From assembly GCF_000150275.1 (NCBI RefSeq), contig NW_002060952.1, positions 1,672,313-1,736,312 of the forward strand: a DNA stretch of 64,000 nucleotides, in the 5' to 3' direction. The translations under genes were made by a program, and so were the position numbers. The notes beneath the pieces were generated by a model. The model was not told the DNA's origin. It saw nothing but the letters and a program-made list of their open reading frames with translations, and did no database searches. Positions 1 to 12,843 of this stretch are shown one piece after another (position 1 is the stretch's first letter; each line of letters opens with the position of its first letter). The stretch comes from Trichoplax adhaerens. Its lineage: Eukaryota > Animalia > Placozoa.

Positions 1-347
1 TTACGATTTATATACGATTAGTTACAGAATGCTTTTACTGTAACAAATCTTATCTTGCCCATTAAGTCGCAAGATCAGATCTAAATTTACTATCGCGCAA
101 TCTATTCATAATTCGCGCGTCTATTTAAAGCATCACAATACAATACTTACAGTACTAGCATACTTTGCGCAAATCTATTTATATCTCAGATCTTTATATA
201 AACATCTTAATAGATTCGCTACAATACGTACTGTAACCATCTTCTACAAATAGACTCTTACACAATCTTACACTCTAGCTTACAAGTTAAGTTATTCTCG
301 TACAGTCTTATAATAGTAATCTAAGCTATATTTGGGGCTGCACTACA
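1..347. mobile_element. Right end of a probable TG...CA (solo-LTR-like) element truncated by the window edge
   Basis: Ends in CACTACA (341-347), the same terminus as the TSD-flanked element at 10939-11391; TA-rich repeat-like composition. The left end and TSD are outside the window. Confidence 0.35.
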
Positions 348-1358
348 TGCAGACAACAGTATTTACGAACATAGACATCTGATGACTAATACAGAATAGT
401 CAGATTACGATATGTCTTATCACGGAACATTTCCACGATAATTTACAATCTATCATGAGTAAGTTACAATTCACAATGATTCGAAATATAAGTAGACGAT
501 TTGCATTCCCTATTATAACTATTAATTTCAGTATGTGTATATGTGTCACTTTCATAAAAAGTCAGTGCTATATTAAAACACAATATATCCAAATTAGAAG
601 TTAACTAAATAAAGGATAAGCTAACAGAATTATCCTAACATAGATATTTCTACTCTAATACAGTAAATAATATTGTCACAGCATCTAAATTCTTGTGAGA
701 TATTTAAGGGATACTGAATCCCGGAGACTAAAGTAATTTAGAGATTTGTTTTATGTTATCTTTGTTATGAAGCTGGTTTATGACAAATATTTTTCTGCGA
801 TAGATTAGATACTGTATAATTATGATTTCATGTATCAAACAACTCTGGCTGTAGATGAAAGTGCTTTATAGAATCCTATAATTTACCTTTTATAACCTAC
901 AGCTTCAACTTAGGAAACATTGAGTTATTAAAATATAAGAATTTAGCAATTTTTACATCGCTATTATTACCAGTAAATAGTAAATTATAAAAAATAGATA
1001 TATGCAATAGAATGAATTATTTAGCAGGGCTATCTAGTTAAAAAGTGTATTACCTTGAAGATAAAACATTCTTTGTTATGGATAGTAGATGAATTCGTAG
1101 AAGTAGTATAAAATTTTTAGGCAGCAGCTATCTCATGTGCTATTCTAGAGTGTTATGTAAGCCGTTATAATTGTCATAAATAAAACTAGTCGATTAACCA
1201 GTACTAAATATACTGGAAATTTATTCATAAATCTATTTTAAATATTTCATCAGTTACTCTGAAAATGTAAATATGAAATGATGTATCGTAGACGAATAAT
1301 ATGAATGTACACTGCAATCTACATCTGATGCTTATTGTAAATATTTTTGAATAAATAG

Positions 1359-1748
1359 ATGATTTTTGGTTTAATCATAACCTCAAGCGCTATTTTATAA
1401 GCCAGACAAAGCTTTCATTCCATGCAGCTTTAAATTATTGCCAAGGTGTATATGGCGGTGATCTGGTAGAGATTATGGATCCATCAGAAAATGCAGTAAT
1501 TTTAAAGATGGTAATTTCACTACATACAAATACCTCCATTTACTGGATTGGTCTGAATGACACATCTGGAACATTTCTTCATGCATCATGGATTAGTAGC
1601 AATCATGCTATCGGTAACTGGATTCCTTGGGTGCCTAACTTCGTAGTTGATACAACAAAATTATGCGCTGGAAGCATACCAACACCATCTACATTAAATT
1701 GGCTTAATTTAAATTGCTCCGATCAGCACTTTTTCATTTGTCAGCTAG
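1359..1748 (+). CDS. Gene A exon: C-type lectin domain 1
   Basis: A..YC..YGGDLVEI...YWIGL...C...W..LNC...FICQ; AG/GT boundaries, phase 1-1. Confidence 0.88.
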
Positions 1749-4700
1749 GTAATTTTGTCTTGTTATTCATGATATTGTTTTACTTCGTAATTATATTTTC
1801 TATTATACACAAATTTCAAGTATTGCAGTAAAGAAAGCTGTAATCAGATAAATTAACGGTCATTATCTGAGTAGAACGTAAGTATCATTTCTTCCGCTAA
1901 TGCTATTTGATTTTCTTCAATTTTCCAATTATACACTCGTTCGTGACCATACTAGCAGAATCAGTCTTAATCGTTATTTCCGTAGCTACCAGTAATATGT
2001 GGGACTCTCCTCAAGTTTTTATTTTATATTTTTTACGTTTGTTTGCCATGAGCACATAAGTATATGCCAGACATATTTTTTCAGCTAAAACGATTAATTA
2101 GCTACATTATTCCTTATCGTATTTGCTAAAAAATATCCGCAATACATCTTATACATAGATTTAAGCACTCCCAACGATTTGTCCAATTCTACGTTTGCAT
2201 CCTATATTATGTGGGGCTATCCATTACCTCCAGGTTTGTGAAATATATCACTTTAATAGCTGGATTTTTCATTTTATTAACATTGATTTAAAGGTCTCAG
2301 GTATTTCGACTTCTTGGCTGGAAAATATTCAATTTTTTCTTTTCAGATGAGAATACTTGCAAACCACCCGATTCTAGATTTAGCAATACCTGCTTCAGCT
2401 TTCATAAGCATTTGCTTACATGGTCATTATCCAGGGATTATTGTGCCCTTGCTGGAAAGCAATTAGTTCAATTTGAATCAATGGAGAAATTGCAAGCAAT
2501 AAAATCACTTATAACTTTCCATACTGAAACATGGATAGGATTAATAAGCACTATAGGATATCCAGTGCAAACAGATGATTTTTCCTGGATATTTCGAGAT
2601 CCCTATAATCCTTATCCAACATTTTCTAACTGGGAAAAATTCGTTCCTGTCGACATATATAATCCCCAAACTGGTCTATGTGTAACCATGAAAAGTGATT
2701 CCTTGAAATGGAATAACAGAAGATGCACATCTCTGTATCCATTCATTTGTCAACAAGGTAAGTCAAATTCCAAAATTGATTACAAATATCCCGTACGCAT
2801 ATGTTCCAGTATACTGCACTAATCAATGATAAAGCAATATTAGGAAATATGACATGAAATATTCAATTTATCTAGAATTGGCATGCCCTACTGGCTGGAG
2901 ACAATTTGAAGGAAAATGCTATATGATCGTTGATACAGCATATTCTTCTTGGCAAGACGCGTTTGCTCATTGCCAGCAATATAGTAGCGGTTTAGCTATT
3001 ATAAGAAACAAAAATGAACTGAAACTTATCGAAAACTTTACTCTATCAGTCAACAAGTCCATATGGATAGCTTTAAAAGCAAATCGTAGTAGTTTGCAAT
3101 GGATCGATAGGCATACTCTATTTATTGATAGGATCCCAAGTCTACTAGAACTGTGCCTTGTGGGTTGTATTGTTAATGGAAATATTTCCTGGCGTCTAGA
3201 GGAATGTTATTTTGCTTATAATTATTACCCATTATGTCAAAAAGGTAACGAGGGACTAATTAAATGGTAACAACTAAATGGATAGAGGACTTACTAGTTT
3301 ACATACTTGTAAATTAATTATCATTTTCTTTTATTTCTTTTCGTAAGCGGCAAAGACAATACCCGCTCCTATTCCCCAGGTAAAGCAAGTAACAGTGCAT
3401 TTTGTTTTAACATATTGCTGTAAGGTTTGAACTGAGTTTTAGTGATTGCAAGAGTGCACATTTTAAGCGATTGTTCGAAAATGGGTTAAGTAGATAATTG
3501 CTGATGCTCGATGCTAATTCTAACATGAGACAATGGATACACGCTTTCGACGTTATCTTTCAAAATAAATTTAATAAAATTGAATGAAGATAATGTTCAT
3601 ACAAGTCAAAACCACTTGGTATTTGATTTAAATCGATGCTTATTATAGCATTAGGTAATGAATTACATCCTTGCGATATTTTCTTCAGCAAAAACAAAAT
3701 TTCATTAGACTAAGATGAAAAAAATATTCGTACAGATGAATACCACTTAATTTTCTGGATTTAAGTTTTTTGCCACTGTATCTCTGTATTAACAATCATT
3801 TTAAGTCAAAGTAATTTACATTCTTCTTGAATCTAGGCGCTGCAGAATTTGACAGCTGATAATATCACCGAATCCATCGGGAAATATTATTTTCGTAAGA
3901 TAAATAGCACCAGTTTTATTCCTTACTCTAAAGTAACCTGTAACTATAAAGCGTCTTATTTTCATGCACTGTTTCACTGAAAATATATTTTCTCGAATCA
4001 TATTACAGCTACATGTCCTTACAATTGGATGTACCACAATAAGCATTGCTACCGCCTGACTACTACCATTGGTACCTATTCACAAGGAGAAACTGAATGT
4101 CATAAAGGTATATTAGCCTATCCGGCTATTATGAGCATGATTGAAACTGAATTAGTTGTCAGCTCATTGCTGCACGACGGAAATGAAGCTTGGATAGGAT
4201 TGCAATTTCAGTCAAACACTTTTAAATGGTATGGAAATAAAGCAGCTTATAATTATAGCAACTGGGATCTTAGCCAACCTAATTTATTACAAGAACAAAA
4301 CTGTGCCGTTTTAAAGAGAACCGGTGCAGATTCAGCTTACTGGTACCGCCGGCAGTGTAATTCCACATCTGCCACTCTATGCGAAAAAGGTAAAGCAAAA
4401 AATTATCATTCCAAATTTTAAAGTAAAGCGTAAATATATCAATAATAAGCCTTTGTAGATCCTATGAGTAGCCTGTAGAAAGCAAACAGTTCCAATATTT
4501 TATGGCATTGGTCGATTTCGGTCTAAAATGCTAAATTTTAACGGTTATACATTTTGTACGATATAATACCTAAAAAAAATCAGTTTTCGTGGATTTTAAT
4601 TTCAACGGTTATCCATCCTGTGCGATACAGAAGCCAAAAAAGTCTTTTATGGATATATTAATTTATTACAGCCATATTTCACTTATCAATTGTATCTAGC

Positions 4701-7700
4701 ATCAATTCTATCTATAGTGAAGTGCTTTATGTGAATAGTTTAACCATAACGTTAGCCGGATAAAATTTTAGATTGTCTATTCGATTTATTTGAACAAAAT
4801 TCTTCAAGTATTATTGAGATGCCATTAAGATCAAAAGCGTGTTAGAGTTTAAAAATTCTTTCCATATATTTTATACGTAACCGGATTTAGCTGCCACTGG
4901 AACAACCAATGAATTAATCATGTATAGTGATATTTTCCGTAAGTTTCGATAAAATATACGGTAGAGTACTGAAAAATTTGTATTGATCAAGTAAGCTATC
5001 CCATCAAACCGGCATTACCTGCAAATCTAGTCGGAACGCTATCTTGCTTACATACTCTGTTGGCTAGAAGCGTCAGTTTTTACTTTTTCTATTTTTGATC
5101 ATTCTAAGGCTGACTATTTACTTTTATGTAGGTACTGTTCATCTCTATTGCCCAAAATACTGGACTCTCAATGGCTCTAGTTGTGTTAAAGTAACCTATC
5201 TGTCCATGAGTTTCTATGAAGCACGTGGATTATGTGGCTATCATCGATCAGATCTGATTACGCTAGCCTCTGCGTCTACGGAAAATTTTATCCTAGATTT
5301 TTTATCAGATAAAGCTAGCCGTAATTCGCTCGGATTATCTGATCAATCATTTTGGATTGGTTTATATAAATCGAATAACATATTTCGATGGCTGCAAGAT
5401 GTTTCTGTACTGGAAAACTATGAAAAATTGGACAATAACCCTGGTAATTACTATTATCGATGTGTTGCATTGAAGTTTAGCTCTGTGAATAAGACATGGA
5501 TTTGGGCTAGAGTGGACTGCTTGAGCCATCGAGCTTATCCGATATGCAGAAAGATCATAGGTAGTTAACTCTTTATTTTTATGAAGTAAAATAAATTTAT
5601 TTCATACATTTTATACATTCTGGATATTACCACATATGGAGGTTCTGTATATGAGTACTTAATGATACCTAATTGACAAGTATGGTATACAAGTATGTAG
5701 ATACCGAGCTAATCCTATATGCAAAGAGATAATTATTTAATACCAGTGGGAATCAACTCTTCACTGCCATGAACCTAAATGAATTTATTTTGTACGTTTA
5801 ATACACTCTGTGTAAAATTCTGGATTTAGTGGCATAAGGAGGTTATTCACGAAAATGCTTAATGATGATTAACTCATAAGTATGGTATTTGATATTATGA
5901 TTTTCTTTATTCCCAATGCTATTAACTGTTTAGGCTCGCCAGCACAGCTAGCTGCAACAAGTTCATTAGCCGCATCAACTTCTAAATTTTTCTCTTCTTA
6001 TTCCAATACTATAAACGATTATTATGCTGATTCCTACTCCCTAAATGCAAAGTTTGATGCTATGATAGATAATTATGATTATAGTGACTATGGCTACGAT
6101 GACTATGATGATGTGGTTGATAATACTGGACTCTATCTAGCACAAGCGTTAAAGCCAAATCAGAGTTCTATCCTAGTCTCCTATTACAATAAAAGATTAG
6201 GTAAAATTTTCAGGAATTTGCCCAACATTCGCCAGTCCAAGAGGAGACTTAATAAAATGTTCTGTTCAATTAAACTGTTCACATAGGTATAAACTACGCC
6301 CTTATGAATGCTAATATAGAAAGGCTTTCTGATGACGATATTTACGTTGATATGAGAAGTAAACTGCAAGATGCGCCTTTTATGGATGACTTTGATTACC
6401 CTTTGAGTGTTAATGTTCCTACATCAGCAATATCCAAGGAATTAAATGGTTAATATAAACTTGAATAAATGTACACTTTTCCCTTCATAACAACTAGTAG
6501 TAACTAGCACTAAACGATTTTGCTACTGATACAAATTATCTTTATTCAGGAAAATTCCGCATGGCGGTGGGAATATATGAGACTAGATCGAATCAGAAGG
6601 CAAATAGGTAATTTACTGTGACTATTTAAATGCTATGTGTAGTCCATGGAGATTACTTATGCTCTACTTCCAATTTAAAATTGCTTTCAGAGAATGATGA
6701 TAAACTTGGCATTTTGATCACGGTTTTTACATACCTATACAATTTCTACGGCAATTGCATATTTAGTGATAGATTCAAGCACAGTTTCTTGAAGCAGAAT
6801 TCAAAAATTAAATTTACATTTCCTCCTTAAAATAATAATAAATCTATAGTAATACTAGCTTTTACGATTCATTTTCCAATAGTTATTTTAGTATTATGAT
6901 AACTTATACGTGTACTAGTACTAGTTAAAATATAAACAGGATTGAGATAGTGTTAATATGAACATTTACATTTAGCTTTTGATAATGCATTTTCTTTTGT
7001 AACTCAAACAAGTTTTATTACGTTTTTAGCTTACAACAGCAGCCATTAAAGTATACTATTTCATGCAGTATCCGACCTCTCATGAAAGGAAAGCTTAAGA
7101 ATCCCGTTGTTTTCAATTTTAAAATTAATCAGGTAATGAAATTGTAGAAATGTACTGCCGTTCTATTATGGTGGTATAGTAACTTTTATTGGCAGGTCTT
7201 TTTGTGAATTTGCTTAAATTAAAATTTAGCGGATAATTTAGTAGATTAAGGAAATAAATTTTAAAACAATATAAAATATTTCTGTTTATAAATTTTTACG
7301 GAAAATTTAAAGAAGGTGGTTTTACCATATTTATACTATCGGAGCTTTTTATCCGATCTTCTTAAAATAATTAGCGGTAATACTTTGCAAAAGGTGATCA
7401 AATATACATTGAACACAACAGTCTCACATAATCAGTTAATGTCTAAGGGAATAGCTTCCTAATTTATTTATTCATCTTAGCGTAGCACACTATTCGAGCT
7501 TGTACTTAAAACAGTAAACATGAAATAACGATCATATCAGTCGAAAAACTAATACAGTTATAGCATAATTATCAATATTAAATAATTTAAATTAAACACT
7601 TTAGCCTTTATAGAATAACTTCTTCAAGAATTTATTTCCTATTGTATTAATGTGATTATCATTTTAGAATGATAATGCAAAACCAACATGTGCCTACTGG

Positions 7701-10382
7701 AAAAAGAGGTAATACTAAGCGTGAATAGATATTATGAGAAAATTGGAAGAATACATAAATTTTAGGATTCATAGATTAATAAACGTACCATATCGACATA
7801 TTTCGCTGTAAAGATCATTAAAGATCTTTGTTTATAAATCATTTCTAGTTTTTGGGCAACCGATGGATTAGAAATGAAAATACCTAATGAGACAATCGTG
7901 CAGTGTCTATCTTATCATTTAACCAGTTTCTCTGTTCTGTTACAATTTAATAACTTTACGGTAAGTCCAAGGTATGAGTAGGAGTAGATAGAGAGCTAAA
8001 TATAACTTAAGTATGCATAGGTGATTAAATAATCATATTATCATGCATTTGAGATCCCAATATTCCATCAGAAAATTTTAAGTATGATGACCTACACTGG
8101 TTTATCAATGTCTTTGATCTGTCTTATGGTTACATTTATCACCTTCACTGCTTTTGGGTAAGCTAAAATTACCCTGATTTTAAAACTAATATTTAAATCT
8201 AGTTCGTATACCATGAACTAAGTATGTTTAGTCTGATGTTATGCTTAATATAATATATTTGAAAGGCGATTTCACAGCATACGTGGTCTTGTACATGCCA
8301 ACTTGTCAGCATCAATGATTATTTCCACCATTATATTTATTATTGGTATTCAGTGGACAGAGCATCGGGTAATAGTTTATAAATAGGATCATCTGATTAA
8401 AAAAATACTTTATCTAATCGTATTTTTACTTTGTATAACTTTAATGAATAGTAAAAAACAATTTTAGATTCATTTATAGTCTTAGAGCTTCGGTTTATTA
8501 TTTTATTATATAGAAAACAACGTGTATGGTTTCATCCATGATCGAGTAATTTCGCTTAATCAAACACCAGAATTGAGTTTTAATGATTTCTAACTTTTCC
8601 ATTACCATACTATTAAATCATGATTCGCGATAAAATGCAATTGAGTAAACTGCCTAGCCATCTAAAATAAAATCAGACATATAAAAGCTATAAAAAGCAA
8701 TATTGCTAATAAGTAACAATTTAATAAACTATTTTTAATAAAAAAGTAGGTTTCGCTATGTGGTCTGTCCTTAATTCGAAAATTCCATTGAATTAGCAAC
8801 GCAATAATGATTTTAGTAAAACTAACAGTAAATCAATATAATGCTTTCGTATTTGTTGCAGATATTATGCCAGTTTATAGCAATTATCCTTCAATTTTCG
8901 CTTCTGGCATCTTTCACTTGGATGTTAATTGAAGGCATAGTAACATTTAAAATGTCCGTCAACTGGCTAGAAAAACAATCTTCCGTAGTTGCCTACATAA
9001 TGATTGGATGGGGTCTGTAGCAAAAATACTAGATTTATTCGATATATTCATTAAATATACATGATCATATTTATCATCAATTTATGTTTTGTTAGGTATA
9101 CCATGTGTTATTGTTCTGAGCACTTTTCTTACTAAAAGCGAGTATTATGGGTCATCGAAATAGTACGCTTCAATCAGAGTTTTAGAACGATAAATGATAT
9201 GATTTCAATGACAATATATAGATTATTTTTGATTAAAGTCGGAGTGATATTGACCGTAATATACATATTTATTTTATTATTAATTTACTATGGTCATGCA
9301 AAAAATTAGTTGCTGGATTGAACCTGGCAATCATCTATTCTTGATTTTTGGAATTCCTGTTCTGGTCATTATAGGTGTAAGTTGAGAGTACGTTAGGATA
9401 ATTTATGAATTATTGTTCTCATCAAGACTAAAACACGCGCGTAATTTTATCACCTTGAAAAATCGTTCTGACTAGATGAACCTAATCCTAATGGCCCTAA
9501 TTACTAAATCGTTAATTGGAATTCGTGCTGTTGCTAACATGTCTAACTTACAGAAAGTTAGGTAAATGAATTAATGGAAAATTAAATTTATAACTATATT
9601 TAGATTCATTCTATTGCTACTAAATAATATTAGCAAAATATTTTTATTAGACAGAAAATTAGCCGTATTTATATATAAAATTAGAATTGATTAGTGTCTG
9701 ATAGTTTTAAAACTTTATACTTTTGCTAAACATAGAGTATCATTTCGTGCCTCTGTCGCTTTGGTACCCTTACTAGGAATTACTTGGACCTTGGGCTTTC
9801 TATCATTGAATAACACCACACTTGTATTTTCTTATCTGTTTGTAATCTTAAATTCCTTACAGGTAAGCTTGTAAATACCTTAAAAAGCAGTATTACCGCA
9901 TTATAAAGTCATTAGTAGTTTTTGCTTGTTTATTTCTTATTTCAAACATTCGTTTGATAAATAAGTTTGATTTATTTACTTATTTGATGTAGGGTGTTTC
10001 CTTATTTTACTTTCACTGCTATAATTACAAGGGAGTAAGTAAAAGAATTTATGACTTAATATATCACATGCTTATAAAACCTAGCTTTCATGTACCAATT
10101 GCTGTATTTTTTATATTGTGATACGTTTACGTTTCTTACGAAATTCATAGGTTAAAAAATTTTATCTGAGTTGGTTTAAGCTAAGTAAATTTCCAACATC
10201 TTCCGTAAAGGTTTCAGATACCGCTAGTAGAGGAAATTTTAAGGTAATGTTTGAGCTTTAAGGCATGTAACTCTAGTTGCAGATATGCATTTATTTCCCA
10301 ATACAGAAATATTAGACTACTTTCTTAAGACAAGCTATGAATCTTTAATTTCTAGCGAGCAAAATCTGCGTGGTCAAATTAA
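1359..10382 (+). CDS. Gene A: adhesion GPCR with 5 C-type lectin domains + GAIN/GPS + 7TM (signal-peptide exon not found)
   Basis: Phase-consistent exons: 1359-1748 (CTLD1), 2159-2233, 2347-2757 (CTLD2), 2876-3244 (CTLD3), 3348-3379, 3837-3894, 4009-4389 (CTLD4), 4891-4938, 5132-5560 (CTLD5), 5934-6200, 6287-6448, 6550-6607, 7030-7132, 7668-7708 (CAYW), 7849-7960 (WATDG..CLSYHL|TSFSVLL), 8054-8157 (TM1), 8266-8368 (VHANL, TM2), 8862-9012 (WMLIEG..GWG), 9096-9162, 9310-9376 (CW), 9476-9561, 9736-9862 (LLGITW..NSLQ), 9993-10034 (G..FHC), 10151-10243, 10356-10382 (RAKSAWSN*). AATAAA follows at about 10398. Confidence 0.9.
2347..2757 (+). CDS. Gene A exon: C-type lectin domain 2
   Basis: W..SRDYC..L...WIGL...CV.M...WNNRRC...PFICQ. 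Confidence 0.9.
2876..3244 (+). CDS. Gene A exon: C-type lectin domain 3
   Basis: CPTGWRQFEGKCY...W.DA..HC...WIAL...C...W...C...PLCQK. Confidence 0.9.
4009..4389 (+). CDS. Gene A exon: C-type lectin domain 4
   Basis: CPYNW..HNKHCY...WIGL...NW..SQPN...NCAVL...WYRRQC...LCEK. Confidence 0.9.
5132..5560 (+). CDS. Gene A exon: C-type lectin domain 5
   Basis: CPKYWTLNGSSC...FYEARGLC...FWIGL...CVAL...W.RVDC...PICRK. Confidence 0.9.
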
Positions 10383-10610
10383 AATCTTAGAAGCATTAAT
10401 AAACAGCGCCAAAAATCGGCTTCAAGAGGTATGGTGGGATTATGGACAAATTATTTGATTAATTTGCTAATTTCGCTATCGGTAAAAAAATCTAATTTTG
10501 CCTAGCGACACATATTAACTTCATAAATATTGGAATAACAGCTGATTAATTTGTTTAATCGTGACCAATAAATATATAAATTATTTATCGTCAGGTCATA
10601 CCTATAGATA

Positions 10611-10660
10611 NNNNNNNNNNNNNNNNNNNNNNNNNNNNNNNNNNNNNNNNNNNNNNNNNN
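10611..10660. other. Assembly gap (50 N)
   Basis: Run of N. Confidence 1.
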
Positions 10661-10938
10661 AAGATATGAGCTCTATAAAGTTTAATTTTTACTGATAATT
10701 AGCTTGCTATAAGTGGCTTGGTCCTTAGACTAAAAATTAATCTGGTAAACATTTTAGCAGTATTCAGTTTCTGCTTCAGTTTCGAATATTTAAACGTATT
10801 ATAAATATCATCAAAATTTTCGTTTATCTTTCTTTTACTCAATAAAGCTTTTAAAAATGCTAGAAATCTAATTCGCTATCACTATTGTAGCATTCGCTTA
10901 AAATATGTTCAATTCTTAATATTAATTATATTAAGAAA

Positions 10939-11391
10939 TGTAGTGTACGGATTATTAGCCCTAGGTTCGTAATCCGTCAACTCAAAATTCTGAGTTGTTA
11001 AAATCGAGCAAATCCCTAATGTGACACAAAATAGTCTACATCGTATCATTGACTTATAACAGTTAAGTTTATTAACGACTGTGAGTCATCCGTCGGAGAA
11101 GAATTCCAATTTCTTCCCCTTATAATAATAGTCGAAAAGTGGCTAAGATAAACCGTATAATCGACTTAGCCTCCACGATAATAATTCTATGCAATTTATA
11201 CAAATTATCATCAATTGCTCCTCTACGTAGGAATCATCAATCGCATTAGTACATTGCTTAATAACATTACTTAATATGGCTATCAGCTACGCCCTTATAT
11301 AACACATACTTTATTAAGACATACAGTTCTATACTACATACTATCACTGTATTGCCTATACAAACTACTGTAATTAGCTGAAATCACTACA
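10939..11391. mobile_element. Solo-LTR-like element, family 3 (453 bp)
   Basis: Perfect 7-bp inverted termini TGTAGTG...CACTACA flanked by the 5-bp direct repeat AGAAA (10934-10938 and 11392-11396). Confidence 0.7.
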
Positions 11392-11999
11392 AGAAAAGAT
11401 TCGAGTAATTTATTATTTACGGAATGTATTTGTAGATCTACCTAACTATTTAAACCTTAGATGACAATATTAATTTCCAAGAGTTATTTCTTATGTGGGC
11501 GTCGGATACTAAATTCTCTTATTAGAAATTAGTATACTGTATGCTATAGCTGGGATATCTGTTTTGAAATTTTAAAATTTGCTTTTATGATTACAAGTCT
11601 TAAGTGTATGTAACTTATATATATATAACTACACTAGAGTTCTTTACTTTCCTTTGCCACAAGTGAGGGTTGTGACACACGTACTTTGAAGAATTAAAAT
11701 AGTAATGTCTAGATATAACAATTAAAAGCAATCAAAATGATACAAAAAGTTTTAGTGGCAAGCGCGCACTATCAAACAGTTAACGTAAGACAAACATAAT
11801 CAAAGCCTTCAATAAAAATAAGTCTTAACTTACTGATCTCAAATATGGTCTTTTGATTATATCCTGTAATCTTAAGTTTTAATCCCTTTGATGTAATCAT
11901 ATGAGATAAAATGGCAGACATACTAATCTTAAATCATAGCCTTCTGTAAAAACTAGCTGTTTGAAGTCAAACTCTAATCCGAAAATTGCTTTTATTACA

Positions 12000-12558
12000 T
12001 TTGATATAAACGATCATGAAAATCCAAAATTTATAGAAAATTGGAACTTTATTAGATCTTATACGAAGATAATGTTTGCACAGCTCTATGCTAGCCGAAT
12101 ACAACTACTAAACACTTCTAGAAAGAACTACTAGAATAATTTTAGTTGCCAGCCTATATACTTTTCGGAGCATTCGAAGCTACACTCAGCATAGTAAGTA
12201 ACATTCTAACATATNTACACGATCAGATATTATTACTAGTATTAGCCTTTTACAGCGGACCATCATTAATCCAATTTGGAAAACTACAACAGTATTCACG
12301 TAGACATTGTTTCTACCAGTCAAAGTATGGTGAACTAATCATAACCTAAAATATGATTTGCGGCTTTACTTTTACTTCTAAAGGCTTAATAGTAACTCGA
12401 TGCCGTATTGTAGTCATCTGTACTCTAACATAGAATCTTCCATTATTGTCCATGGTCATATGCTATAAAATATGTCTTAAGATAAATATAGAAAGTCGCG
12501 TTGGCGTACATCCTACTAAATATGGCTAATAGTCTACAATCCTAATACCAAGTTACGT
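12000..12558 (-). mobile_element. Older, diverged copy of solo-LTR-like family 1
   Basis: Collinear similarity to 54579-55134 (e.g. CAGCTCTA..CTAGCCGAATAC, GGACCATCATTAATCCAAT, GTAGACATT, ATGGCTAATAGTCTACAATC); termini degraded. Confidence 0.75.
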
Positions 12559-12843
12559 AGTATTGGATGCTTCTGATCTGATCTAGTCATTAGCGTGTGT
12601 TAACTAGGGTCTATATAATCTTGACTATATAGATTCTTACTGTAATTATAAAACTTCAATTATTATAACTTAAGTAGGCTAAGGTGTGCTACTCACATTA
12701 TAATTAGGGTTAAACTACGGTTATTCATGTTTTATAAGACTAGTCTTTATATTCACTGGTGTTCTAGAGTAAGACCTCTTGTTACACTCAAACCCAGCTT
12801 ATGACAGTCAATGCTTACACCTAATTTAGGAACTTTAGGGGTC

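Noticed and set aside
1359-10382. Assignment as polycystin-1-like (PKD1L) or macrophage mannose receptor
   Set aside because: The GPS is followed by a secretin-like 7TM rather than TM1-PLAT; no FN2, ricin or REJ domains were seen; no specific gene symbol can be justified
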